Origin: Synechococcales cyanobacterium VAR_4_metabat_354
Lineage (GTDB): Bacteria > Cyanobacteriota > Cyanobacteriia > Cyanobacteriales > Chamaesiphonaceae
Assembly (NCBI GenBank): GCA_031414775.1
Contig: JANOQI010000026.1
Location: 39,271-103,270, forward strand
Direction of reading: 5' to 3'
DNA length: 64,000 nucleotides
The notes under the pieces were generated by a model. The model ran no database searches, was not told the origin of the DNA, and saw nothing but the letters and a program-made list of their open reading frames with translations. Positions 52,142 through 61,165 of this stretch are shown here, in pieces. A program made the translations under genes and the position numbers. The number at the start of each line of letters is the position of its first letter. The stretch's first letter is position 1.

Positions 52142-52158
52142 GTAGTATTACTTACTAC
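52142..52158. promoter_or_regulatory. Possible NtcA site(s)
   Basis: GTAGTATTACTTACTAC contains two overlapping GTA-N8-TAC matches, just before TAGAAT. Confidence 0.35.
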
Positions 52159-52192
52159 AGATTAGAATAGAGAAATCTTGGAGCTAGAGCCT

Positions 52193-52750
52193 ATGTTTTT
52201 TTGCCCTCCAGAAATCACCTGCCCCCCACCACCCCTGCTGCTGACTCGCAGCAAAATCCAAGCGCCGACCACTCCCCCTCTACCTACTGGGCGCTACCAA
52301 TGTCCTAATACCCTGGCTAGTCTAACCCCCCTCCTGCTGCGCGACCTACCCAGCTACGCTAACCGCGCCACCCAAAGCCGTCGCCGGAGCATGAAAGATC
52401 TCAGTTACAGCAGTTATCTTCTGGCTGGTCAGCCCGATCTCAATCCGATCGCTATCACTAATCCTGAATATAGTCCGGTTTTTGCTCAATCCCCACCCCA
52501 GCAGTTATTTATTAGTACCCTCGAAAAACAATTTTCCAGCCGTAACACCACCGAACAACAAAGATTTCACTGGCTATTTCTTACCCAGAGTAGTAGAGGT
52601 GGTTGGCATTTAGCTCTAATGTATTCACGGCTGGGAAAAAATGCTCAAGACCCTACTATTTTGCCGCCGCTGGATAGTAGTCAAACCCCTTTGGGTGAAG
52701 CAGTGAGTACTTGGCTCCGAGACTGCCGCGCTGGCCAAATCAAGCCGTGA
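52193..52750 (+). CDS. Conserved cyanobacterial hypothetical protein
   Basis: CP..L..L...LLRDLPSYANR..QR, QLFISTLE, FHWLFL and WLRDCRAG pattern; start uncertain (52178 or 52193). Confidence 0.75.
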   Translation: MFFCPPEITCPPPPLLLTRSKIQAPTTPPLPTGRYQCPNTLASLTPLLLRDLPSYANRATQSRRRSMKDLSYSSYLLAGQPDLNPIAITNPEYSPVFAQSPPQQLFISTLEKQFSSRNTTEQQRFHWLFLTQSSRGGWHLALMYSRLGKNAQDPTILPPLDSSQTPLGEAVSTWLRDCRAGQIKP

Positions 52751-52815
52751 AAGCACGGATGTGATTTCACATATTAACTAGTTAAAGTTGAAAACTAATG
52801 ACCTCGTGACCAGAG

Positions 52816-53166
52816 ATGAAAAAATATCTGCAAATTTGCCTCTTGTTCGCTACCGTAACTTTACCAACGATGACAGCTCAGGCTGAAGAACCAGCTAAAT
52901 CAAACACTTCTCAGTATCAACCGACTAAGATTAATACTAAGCAGACCATGAAACTGGGTCCGGATGGAACGATGTATAAAGTGCGTTACGACCTCAGCCG
53001 TGGCCGTGAATACTGGCAGTCACCCTACCGCAATCACCCCAACCATAACATTCGCTATGTCTATATGATTAATCGTCAAGGGCAGCGTCTCAAGCCCGAT
53101 CTATATATTGAATTACCTAATGGTCGTCTAGCCTTAGCTACGGCTCGGCGTAAATCGCCCACTTAA
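52816..53166 (+). CDS. Hypothetical exported protein
   Basis: Signal peptide MKKYLQICLLFATVTLPTMTAQA, basic mature part, own terminator. Confidence 0.7.
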   Translation: MKKYLQICLLFATVTLPTMTAQAEEPAKSNTSQYQPTKINTKQTMKLGPDGTMYKVRYDLSRGREYWQSPYRNHPNHNIRYVYMINRQGQRLKPDLYIELPNGRLALATARRKSPT

Positions 53167-53204
53167 TTTTTATCTCGTAAATGAATTCGATCGATACTAC
53201 TCCT

Positions 53205-53240
53205 ACCTACTTCTTCCTGGCGAGAGGTGGGTTATTTTTT
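53205..53240 (+). terminator. Intrinsic terminator
   Basis: ACCTACTTCT-N8-AGAGGTGGGT followed by TATTTTTT. Confidence 0.6.
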
Positions 53241-53318
53241 CTTAATTTACTGTCAAAACATTAGGGATTTATCGTTATTATGGTGACAACGCTAACTGAA
53301 ACCACAAATAACTTATCT

Positions 53319-54005
53319 ATGCGGTTATTACTAGTAGAAGATGAACCAGATTTAGGAGCAGCAATTCAGCAAACTCTAACCCAATCAGCCTACGTGGTGG
53401 ACTGGGTGCAAGATGGGGATACGGCGTGGCAATACCTCAATTCCTCTTGGATTCGTTATGAGATTGCCATCTTGGATTGGATGCTCCCAGGACTATCCGG
53501 GATTGAGTTATGTCAACGTCTACGCCAGCAATCAGCTTCTTTCCCCATTTTGATCTTGACAGCGCGGGATAGTATGGAAGATAAGGTGATGGGTTTAGAT
53601 GCTGGTGCTGATGATTATTTAGTAAAGCCTTTTGGGATGGCTGAGCTGTTGGCCAGACTCCGTGCCCTTCAGCGCCGACCACAACAGTTGCAAACACCAC
53701 AACTGCAAGCGGGAGAAATTCTCCTCGATTATAATACTCGCACGGTTACTTCTACTGCCGCTGTCGATAAAATGATTTTTTTGACTACCAAAGAATTACA
53801 GCTTTTAGAATATCTGATGCGTCATCCTAATCAGGTTTTAACTACTGAGCAAATTAGATCGCAACTTTGGACATTGGGATCTGATAGTTTTAGTAATGTC
53901 GTCGCTGCTCAAATGCGTCTCCTGCGCAAAAAGTTGTCTGATTTGAACTGTCAAAACTCGATCGAGACAGTACGCGGCGTTGGTTACCGTCTCATTGTCA
54001 CCTAA
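53319..54005 (+). CDS. rppA: OmpR-family response regulator (RppA-like)
   Basis: MRLLLVEDEPDLGAAI, ILDWMLPGLSG, LLEYLMRHPNQVL and SNVVAAQMRLLRKKL; ATG at 53319. Confidence 0.75.
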   Translation: MRLLLVEDEPDLGAAIQQTLTQSAYVVDWVQDGDTAWQYLNSSWIRYEIAILDWMLPGLSGIELCQRLRQQSASFPILILTARDSMEDKVMGLDAGADDYLVKPFGMAELLARLRALQRRPQQLQTPQLQAGEILLDYNTRTVTSTAAVDKMIFLTTKELQLLEYLMRHPNQVLTTEQIRSQLWTLGSDSFSNVVAAQMRLLRKKLSDLNCQNSIETVRGVGYRLIVT

Positions 54006-54010
54006 GTAAC

Positions 54011-55009
54011 ATGCAAAAAAGCCGCTTATTTAGCCTCACCCAGTGGCGATTAGCTCTCTCCTATGCGGGAATGATGGCCATTATTTTGAGTGGTGTCGGG
54101 ATGTTGATTTACTTGATCGTGGCCTATCTTTTTGCCGGAGACCAAAATCTCCAAGCTCCAGAATTAGCTTTGTGGAAGCTCTCCTGGTTTTTATTTGTCG
54201 TTTTGACTCTCAGTTGGTTGATTGTCTTGGTGGCTAGTTGGTTACTGGCCGGAAAAGCCATGAAACCGGTCTACCATTCTTATCAACATATTCAGCAGTT
54301 TACTGCCGATGCTGCTCATGAATTAAGAACACCTTTGGCGGCTACCCAAGCGACGGTAGAATCGGCTTTGCTTACTCCTCAGTCGCCTCAAATACAAGAA
54401 GTACTGGCGATTATTCAACGCCAAAATACTCGCCTCACACAGTTAGTGACTGATCTGCTCTTGTTATCAAGAATAGATTCGCGGACGCATGGTGATAGAA
54501 ATGCCAGACTAAGGCAGGGATGGGAAGTTTGCAACTTAAACAATATTGTGACGGATCTAGACGAAGAATTAGCCACGACCGCATTGTCAGCTCAAATCCA
54601 ATTCAGCACAGTGATCGAGGTTCATTATCCCTTATTGGTGTGGGGAAATAGTGAGCAATTATACCGGCTAGTGACTAATTTGATTATTAATGCAATTAAA
54701 TATACGCCAGCCCATGGGCGGGTCGTCGTAGCTCTGCGCCAGCATCACCGATTAGCGATCATTCAAGTGCAAGATACCGGAATCGGGATTCCAGCTAATG
54801 TGCAAATGAAGATCTTTGACCGGTTTTATCGAGTACAAAATGATCGATCGCGTCAGCAAGGTGGTTCTGGATTGGGTTTAGCAATCGCCAAGTCAATTAT
54901 CCGATTGCATCAAGGTCGGCTGATGGTGAGCAGCAAGGTGGGTAGTGGCAGCATTTTTACGGTGGAATTACCAAAATTGTCAACTACGCCCACCAGGGTT
55001 AAGCGTTAG
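54011..55009 (+). CDS. Sensor histidine kinase (RppB-like) with minimal extracytoplasmic loop
   Basis: 2 TM; QQFTADAAHELRTPL H-box, NLIINAIKYT, DTGIGI and GSGLGLAI motifs. Confidence 0.88.
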   Translation: MQKSRLFSLTQWRLALSYAGMMAIILSGVGMLIYLIVAYLFAGDQNLQAPELALWKLSWFLFVVLTLSWLIVLVASWLLAGKAMKPVYHSYQHIQQFTADAAHELRTPLAATQATVESALLTPQSPQIQEVLAIIQRQNTRLTQLVTDLLLLSRIDSRTHGDRNARLRQGWEVCNLNNIVTDLDEELATTALSAQIQFSTVIEVHYPLLVWGNSEQLYRLVTNLIINAIKYTPAHGRVVVALRQHHRLAIIQVQDTGIGIPANVQMKIFDRFYRVQNDRSRQQGGSGLGLAIAKSIIRLHQGRLMVSSKVGSGSIFTVELPKLSTTPTRVKR

Positions 55010-56456
55010 TTAGTGGGGTGGGGAGCTGCTCAGTAACTGTCCCAGTGGTGATGGCGGGAACTGCTGGCGCTAAGGGGTTTGGGGTAATTAATTCTTCACG
55101 CAGTCTGGCGATGATTGTTTCACTATCAATATTTTGCAGGATTTCGCGTATTACTGTATTGGCTCCCAACTTGCCCCAAGTATTACCCTGTGATAAGTAG
55201 GTTTTGGCTGCTTTGCCGACGGTATAGGCTCCATAGCCAGCTGTCAAACCCTGAATGATTCCGCCAACGGCGTAACCAGGAATGTCGGTCCAACTCAGAC
55301 CCACTAACTGCAAAAGGTGATCGCTTTTGCCAATTCCCAACACAAGAGCCGTGAATATTTCAACCAATAGGAGACTCCCACCACTGAATAGTACGCCCTT
55401 AAATAGTTTGCCAGTTTCATAGGTAGTAATTGGCAAATTATAAAGTTTGGCTAGCGATCGAACCATGACTAAATCAATAAATATGCCACCCAACACATCA
55501 AAAAAGACGATCGGATTTAGTGCCACTGCTAAGGCTTTGTATTGAGCAAAGCGCCAGACCAATTTACTAGCCTCATTTGACATTAGGTCTAGAGTGGTGG
55601 CTGCCAGATTATATTCGGAAGAGCGTGCTTGTACCAGCGCATTAATCACAATTAGTGATGAACCTTCCTTCTCCAATAAATTAAAGATTTTTTGCTTGAG
55701 TGGCTCAATATTGGGTGTTGGCTGTTCCCACTCATTTTTACTAGAGCCATCGGCATATTCTGTCCGAAGTTGTAATGGCGCTGGGTCGGCGGCGACCATC
55801 ACAACTTCATCCGCCGACAGTAATCTGTGCAACATTTCACTATTTTGCTGCCCCAGGTCAGCACTCAAACCCTGCAACTGTTGGTAAATAGTTTGACGCT
55901 CCTGCTCTGGATAGAGATCAGACTTATTGAAAACTAACATTAGAGGCTTGTGGGCGGCTCGCAGTTCACATAAAACTTGGTACTCTAGCTTGGTAATATC
56001 TCCAGCAATAATAAATAAAATCAAGTCTGCCTGAGCGGCAATTTGCTGCGCCATTTGAGCGCGACTTTCCCCATCAATTTCATCAAGACCGGGGGTATCA
56101 ATCAAATCGATTTGGATCTGGGGTTGGGGCTGCCAACGAATCGATCGAGGAAATTTGGTTACACCATTGAGTGGTCCAATTTCTAAAACTTTTTCTCCCA
56201 TTAAGGCATTGAGTACCGCCGATTTCCCTCTACTCACCAAACCAAAAGCGGCAACGCAATAAACCCCTTGATCTAGTTTTTCCAGAGTGGTTTTTAAAAT
56301 CTTCAATTCAGCTTGCAAGTCCCCTGCCGAATTGTCTTGATAACGAGATAAACTATTACTGAGACTGGCGCGCGCTAGATCAAACCGCTGCTTGCTGGTA
56401 GGCTCGATAATATTTTCTGGTGTTAAATCAGGGGAAGATGGCTCAGGATTACTCAC
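54999..56456 (-). CDS. Era-like GTPase with DUF697 C-terminal domain
   Basis: GLVSRGKS, DTPG and NKSD G-motifs; hydrophobic C-terminal half. Confidence 0.85.
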   Translation of the reverse strand: MSNPEPSSPDLTPENIIEPTSKQRFDLARASLSNSLSRYQDNSAGDLQAELKILKTTLEKLDQGVYCVAAFGLVSRGKSAVLNALMGEKVLEIGPLNGVTKFPRSIRWQPQPQIQIDLIDTPGLDEIDGESRAQMAQQIAAQADLILFIIAGDITKLEYQVLCELRAAHKPLMLVFNKSDLYPEQERQTIYQQLQGLSADLGQQNSEMLHRLLSADEVVMVAADPAPLQLRTEYADGSSKNEWEQPTPNIEPLKQKIFNLLEKEGSSLIVINALVQARSSEYNLAATTLDLMSNEASKLVWRFAQYKALAVALNPIVFFDVLGGIFIDLVMVRSLAKLYNLPITTYETGKLFKGVLFSGGSLLLVEIFTALVLGIGKSDHLLQLVGLSWTDIPGYAVGGIIQGLTAGYGAYTVGKAAKTYLSQGNTWGKLGANTVIREILQNIDSETIIARLREELITPNPLAPAVPAITTGTVTEQLPTPLTNA

Positions 56457-57037
56457 AGCAAATCTATTAGATGGTAACCTCAGCCATTTTAGCAGCTTCT
56501 AATCACTCAAAAGACGAAAAAAGGGAGTACAGTTCAAAAAAAAGGATGCCATCGGACAGATTTCCTTCATTCCCGAATTTTCCAGAGCCACAGCATAAGT
56601 AAGATTTTATAACTACTCTTGGTTTTGCTCGAAATTTTTTCTAGGTTCTTCATGTAGCAGGGAGTCATCCCTGCTTGATAAATATTTGAAATTGCTCGTA
56701 CCCTCCCGATTTGATACTTATCAGTTTACCTAGCCTCAAAGCAGGGATCAGTAATAATCATCACCAAGAATATGTTGGGAGTATTGTTATTAAATAGGTT
56801 TGACTGGGTATATTAGGAGTAAAAGACACGAATTTCTGGGAAATCAATGATTTATTACCATAAAGACTAGCCATTTGGTCTTTGTTCACTATAGTTTTGG
56901 GCGAAAAACTGGAAAACCACTGCAAGCATTCCCAAGGTTCAAAGGAGATATTTTAGCACTACCAATGGTTTTCGGTGTAAAAAATCATAAATATCCAAGT
57001 TGTAATTTATTTGGACTATATTCACCAAAAAGAAGAG

Positions 57038-57826
57038 ATGTCTAGCAATATTCAAATCAAGAATACTATAGATCCAAAACTGCCAGCAATCCGAGTCTTG
57101 TTGGCGGAAAGAGGTCCATTAGAGATTGTCAAAGTCAGAATTAGCATGGTTGATAACACCCAAATCATGCTTGGGATAGTGAGTAGCTATGATCAACTAT
57201 TGGAAAGTATTACAAAAGAACAACCGCATTTAGTTATATTGGGAAACATTGATGTTACTGATTACTTCACGATCTGCCAAGGATGCCGTGCAATTTACGA
57301 TAAACTCCTGATCATCCTCCTTTCCAATCAAGAAATAACTAATGATTCTTTTCGAGAAGTTCTGAAAAGCTATGGTGTGATCGATACCATCTCTTCCAAT
57401 GACTTAACAAAGTTAAATGGAATATTTGATCAATTGCTGATGACTAGTCATCAGCAAACTGGTAAAAAGCAACTGCAACCGATCGCTACGGGACAGATGA
57501 TGCTCGTAAGCTTGAATGAAATTATTGCAATTAGCAACAACTATTTTGGTCCTTTAGCACAAGGCAACTACTGGCGCAAAGCTCATGCTCTGGTCATCGA
57601 GCAATTCCCTTTTATCCAAAACTGGGCAGTAGATCACTTTAGTAAAGTTACTTGTCTGGAAAGTATATTGGAACTGGAGTTAACAGATAAGGATATGCAA
57701 TGCTTGCGGATCTGGGTTCAGTTTTTTATTGAAGAATGCGAGCGAATTATTGTTGATTATGGAAAAATTTTGAAAAGTTCTGATTTATCGCTGCCAGCAC
57801 AAGATCTTTTATCAACAACCAACTAA
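57038..57826 (+). CDS. Pseudo-receiver domain fused to an uncharacterised helical domain
   Basis: IRVLLAE..QPHLVILG (Gly at the phospho-Asp position); C-terminal YFGPLAQGNYWRK..WVQFFIEEC; ATG at 57038. Confidence 0.7.
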   Translation: MSSNIQIKNTIDPKLPAIRVLLAERGPLEIVKVRISMVDNTQIMLGIVSSYDQLLESITKEQPHLVILGNIDVTDYFTICQGCRAIYDKLLIILLSNQEITNDSFREVLKSYGVIDTISSNDLTKLNGIFDQLLMTSHQQTGKKQLQPIATGQMMLVSLNEIIAISNNYFGPLAQGNYWRKAHALVIEQFPFIQNWAVDHFSKVTCLESILELELTDKDMQCLRIWVQFFIEECERIIVDYGKILKSSDLSLPAQDLLSTTN

Positions 57827-57831
57827 TTTCT

Positions 57832-58302
57832 ATGACTACCATTACTCTGAGCATTAACGGACAAAAAATCGAGGCTAAGCATAATTCTACGCTGCTTTCC
57901 GTGTTCAAAGAACATGATATTGTAGTAAACCAACTCTGTGGTGGACAAGGCATGTGTGCTTCTTGCCACTTTTTTGTTGTAGATGGCTCACCGGAGTTGA
58001 CTCCACCAACGGTACAAGAAAAAATCACATTGCAGTACACTAAAATTGAGCGGCCTGGGGCACGGCTAGCTTGTCAGACTCGAGTAATTGGAGATGGGGT
58101 TGTCATTGAGTTACCCCAAGGAACATTTGTTGAATCGGAGAAAGACTTAGAGCAGTCAATTGGCAAAAAAGCTAAGGAAACTTTAATCCATCCTATGACC
58201 GGTGAGGTCTTGGTCGAAGCGGGTAAGTTGATTTTGCGCTCGGCGCTCGAAAAAATGAAAGAATCTAGTAATAAATTTGCCGATTTGCTATCAAGAAAAT
58301 AA
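57832..58302 (+). CDS. 2Fe-2S ferredoxin-like protein with C-terminal extension (Slr0148-like)
   Basis: CGGQGMCASCH...RLACQ; tail LIHPMTGEVLVEAGKLI. Confidence 0.88.
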   Translation: MTTITLSINGQKIEAKHNSTLLSVFKEHDIVVNQLCGGQGMCASCHFFVVDGSPELTPPTVQEKITLQYTKIERPGARLACQTRVIGDGVVIELPQGTFVESEKDLEQSIGKKAKETLIHPMTGEVLVEAGKLILRSALEKMKESSNKFADLLSRK

Positions 58303-58427
58303 AAGTGATAGTAATAATGATTTAAATATTGGGATATATAAGGTTAACAAGATATATTCGATCTTCCCAACCAGGGCATTATAGCTGCCATGATTGTAAA
58401 GGTTGATGCTCAGAAAAGAGTTACTTT

Positions 58428-59216
58428 ATGATATCTCAAGATCAAAAACGAATTTTCAAGAATGCGCCCAATCCGATTATCTCTATCAGCGATGTATGTC
58501 ATTACAGTCGTTCTCAATTCTTTCGCTTTGATATGCAAAAGGGAGAGATTTTAGACTATCACCACCAGCGCAATTTACTAGTTGGTGAAAACTTTATTGT
58601 GTCTTTACTAAAGGGACTAGAACATGAAGTTGGCGAAGCCGCAGGCTGGTTGATGTATCAAATAGGTTTTGATTGGGGAAAGCAAGATGCTATCCTCTTT
58701 CAATCCTGGTTTAAGGAATTTTACAACTTGACGTTGGAAACATCTAATCTGGCCTTTGCAATGGAGACATGGTGGTGGCCATATACGGTTCAGGGTTGGG
58801 GAACTTGGACTCCTAACTTGAGCACTAGAGAAAGTGGCTTTTTCTATGTTGACCTATTTGATTCGGCGGTTGCTAAGTCTTTAGGGTACATGGGCAAACC
58901 AGTTTGCCACCTATATGCCGGACTTTTAGCAGGTTTTTTTAGTGCTTCATTTTCTCAAAATCTGTGCAGTACTGAAATCCAATGCTATTCAATGGGCAAT
59001 GATTTTTGTAGGTTTTTGGTTGGTTCTGAAACACGAATTCAAGCCGCTGAGTTTTGGATTTCTTCAGGAGCTAAGGCAAGTGAAATTGCTGAACGGTTTG
59101 ATGCTGAGGAAATTCCGCATGAACCAGAGTTGGGAATTGAAGTTGAGTCAGTAAATGCTAAGACTAATAAAAATGCTCCCGAACCTGAAATATTGATTAA
59201 AACAGGTATAGTATGA
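58428..59216 (+). CDS. V4R domain protein (Slr0144-like)
   Basis: WWWPYTVQGWG, PVCHLYAGLLAGFFS and EIQCYSMGNDFCRF motifs. Confidence 0.88.
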   Translation: MISQDQKRIFKNAPNPIISISDVCHYSRSQFFRFDMQKGEILDYHHQRNLLVGENFIVSLLKGLEHEVGEAAGWLMYQIGFDWGKQDAILFQSWFKEFYNLTLETSNLAFAMETWWWPYTVQGWGTWTPNLSTRESGFFYVDLFDSAVAKSLGYMGKPVCHLYAGLLAGFFSASFSQNLCSTEIQCYSMGNDFCRFLVGSETRIQAAEFWISSGAKASEIAERFDAEEIPHEPELGIEVESVNAKTNKNAPEPEILIKTGIV

Positions 59217-59524
59217 AAAATCGCAGATATAACAAGTTAAGAAGTAATCCATTTATCCGCTTATTTCGGACGATCTATCGATTACTAAAGGTTATATTTA
59301 GACTTCGCAAAAAAAATTCCAAACTAATAAATAACGATCGCATTGATCTTGATATATTAGCCGAGGCTAAAGCATTAAATGAGCGGATAGAGTTAGAGAA
59401 TCGCCTCAAAGAGCAATTCCTCACAGTGGGAGATTTATTAGGACGGGTTAAGTGGCAAACTCCTCAAGAAACAGTTCTAAAAATTAATAGTGTTCCACCA
59501 GAATACGACGTTTCTAGAAACTAA
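59213..59524 (+). CDS. Hypothetical basic protein
   Basis: 103-aa ORF with ATGA overlap, inside the cluster; amphipathic Arg/Lys-rich N-terminus. Confidence 0.6.
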   Translation: MKNRRYNKLRSNPFIRLFRTIYRLLKVIFRLRKKNSKLINNDRIDLDILAEAKALNERIELENRLKEQFLTVGDLLGRVKWQTPQETVLKINSVPPEYDVSRN

Positions 59525-59590
59525 AGTAAATGCCAGAATTCATATAGAGATACTTTATCGAAAGATCTCTAGCAGTTATATTTTATTCAA

Positions 59591-60070
59591 ATGGAGTTGA
59601 AAATGATTACACTTTTGGAAGCACTGGTTGATGGGGCAGATGGGTCTTATGCTGAGCCGCAAGATCTGCGAAAGTTAGAACATGTAATGTTCTCTTGGAA
59701 TGAGCGAAAAGAGGCTTACTTGGCAGTACAATCACAAGAGAAAGTGATTATTGATGGAGCGATCAAATTAATTATAGGCAGTCAAGATTTTCAGAAACAT
59801 GCGATGAATGAATTAGGGATTGATCGCTGTCGTCGTGATATGACTTTGACCTTAAGATCTTACGCCTTGGCGATGCTGTTGCAAGACGAGGAGATGCTAA
59901 AAGATCGATTTATTTACTGGCAGAAAAATATTCTTCAAGCTATGCATTTGTCACAGTATCAAGGGGTAAAGTTTGTATTTGAATCTATCTGTATCGAGCT
60001 ACCAAAAGAACAGGCAAATTTATTAAAGCCTTACTTTAAAATCGGTCAAGATATGATCATGTCGAATTAA
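59591..60070 (+). CDS. Phycobiliprotein-like (globin-fold) protein (Slr0149-like)
   Basis: ADGSYA...L (cf. AD..GRYL) and CRRDMTLTLRSYALAML (cf. CxRD..LRY). Confidence 0.8.
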   Translation: MELKMITLLEALVDGADGSYAEPQDLRKLEHVMFSWNERKEAYLAVQSQEKVIIDGAIKLIIGSQDFQKHAMNELGIDRCRRDMTLTLRSYALAMLLQDEEMLKDRFIYWQKNILQAMHLSQYQGVKFVFESICIELPKEQANLLKPYFKIGQDMIMSN

Positions 60071-60128
60071 ATCTAACTGCTAGTTGCTAATAGCTTTGAC
60101 TTTATTTTAATCAGATAATATATTCTAC

Positions 60129-60788
60129 ATGACTAAATCACTTGCGATCGAATCTATCATCCCTATTCCAGCTAATTGTTTTACGCCTAAAGGCTATGTT
60201 AAATCCCATCCGGCTTCGGGGTTGTTATCGAGTCGCTATGGAAATCGCTTAATTGCGGTGCCTGAATTGCTGTTAAGAATCATCCCCAAAACCTTACGTG
60301 CAGAAGCTGGTGAAGCATCTTATCTCGCTCTTTATACGTTTGGTTATAGCTGGGGCAAGACTTTTTGTGGGCGAATGGTGCAAGATATTGTCCAATATTA
60401 TCGCCAGCCCATCTTAGATACGCTCTCAGCTGATTTTTGGGTTTATATCCAAGAAGCTTGGGCTGTTCATGGCTTAGGTAAACTATCGATCGATTTTAGT
60501 TTGGCTGAGCAGGGACTCCTCGTTGTGACCATTGTAAATTCTGGCATTAGCGGTGGTATGACAGTTGAAGAATCTTTAACCTCCCGCTCATTTAGTCTGG
60601 AAGCTGGTTTCCTCGCTGGTTGGTTTTCTACTCTTACCGACAACAACCTACGATCTTGCGCCATTGACTGGAGTGAGGCTCCCACATCACTTCAGTTTTT
60701 AGTCGGCGCCATCCCTCATATTGAATTGATCGAACGATCCCATCTCCAACATGGAATGCTGGCTCCAGACCAACTGCACTTATTGTAA
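60129..60788 (+). CDS. Degenerate V4R domain protein (Slr0147-like)
   Basis: GLLSSRYGNRLIAVPE, WGKTF, WAVHGLG and EAGFLAGWFS motifs; C-terminal Cys ligands not retained. Confidence 0.75.
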   Translation: MTKSLAIESIIPIPANCFTPKGYVKSHPASGLLSSRYGNRLIAVPELLLRIIPKTLRAEAGEASYLALYTFGYSWGKTFCGRMVQDIVQYYRQPILDTLSADFWVYIQEAWAVHGLGKLSIDFSLAEQGLLVVTIVNSGISGGMTVEESLTSRSFSLEAGFLAGWFSTLTDNNLRSCAIDWSEAPTSLQFLVGAIPHIELIERSHLQHGMLAPDQLHLL

Positions 60789-60901
60789 ATTTAAGGCGTT
60801 AAACTTCAGATTAACTTGCTCTGAACCATGAAAAAAGGGGTATGTAATGACTAGATATACATACCCCAACTAACGATTGTATTGATGATAGAGCGGAGAT
60901 T

Positions 60902-61090
60902 CTAGATAGGTCTGGGTGAAGATTGTTGAAGTGCCACTTTGATTTGAGCTTTGCGCCGTTGCTGTTCGCCATGATGTCTGTCTGAAACCATTGGCCACAC
61001 TTCACCCCAGCGATTCATCACCATCATCGCCATTTTACGAAGTTGATCTGGTGATGAAAAGGATCTGCGTTCAATTTTTAATTTAGTCAT
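60902..61090 (-). CDS. Small hypothetical protein (62 aa), partner of the Cys-rich protein, copy 2
   Basis: ATG at 61090 with AGAGGT RBS; ungapped similarity to 3853-4044. Confidence 0.7.
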   Translation of the reverse strand: MTKLKIERRSFSSPDQLRKMAMMVMNRWGEVWPMVSDRHHGEQQRRKAQIKVALQQSSPRPI

Positions 61091-61165
61091 TGATAATTAC
61101 CTCTTTGACTGAAATATTGCATGGTGGGCTGCTCCTGACTTAGTTTTACCTGTCGTGAGTACAAC

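Noticed and set aside
52770..52781. CRP/SyCRP1 site TGTGA..TCACA
   Set aside because: The spacer is 2 nt instead of 6.
56612..56668. 18-codon minus-strand ORF (MTPCYMKKPRKNFEQNQE) in the long spacer
   Set aside because: Too short, no RBS, and expected by chance.
60902..61090. Small partner ORFs as DUF2555/IsiD
   Set aside because: Size and position are similar, but the RLEQDDY / DWHLLRA-type motif I associate with DUF2555 is absent from both copies.
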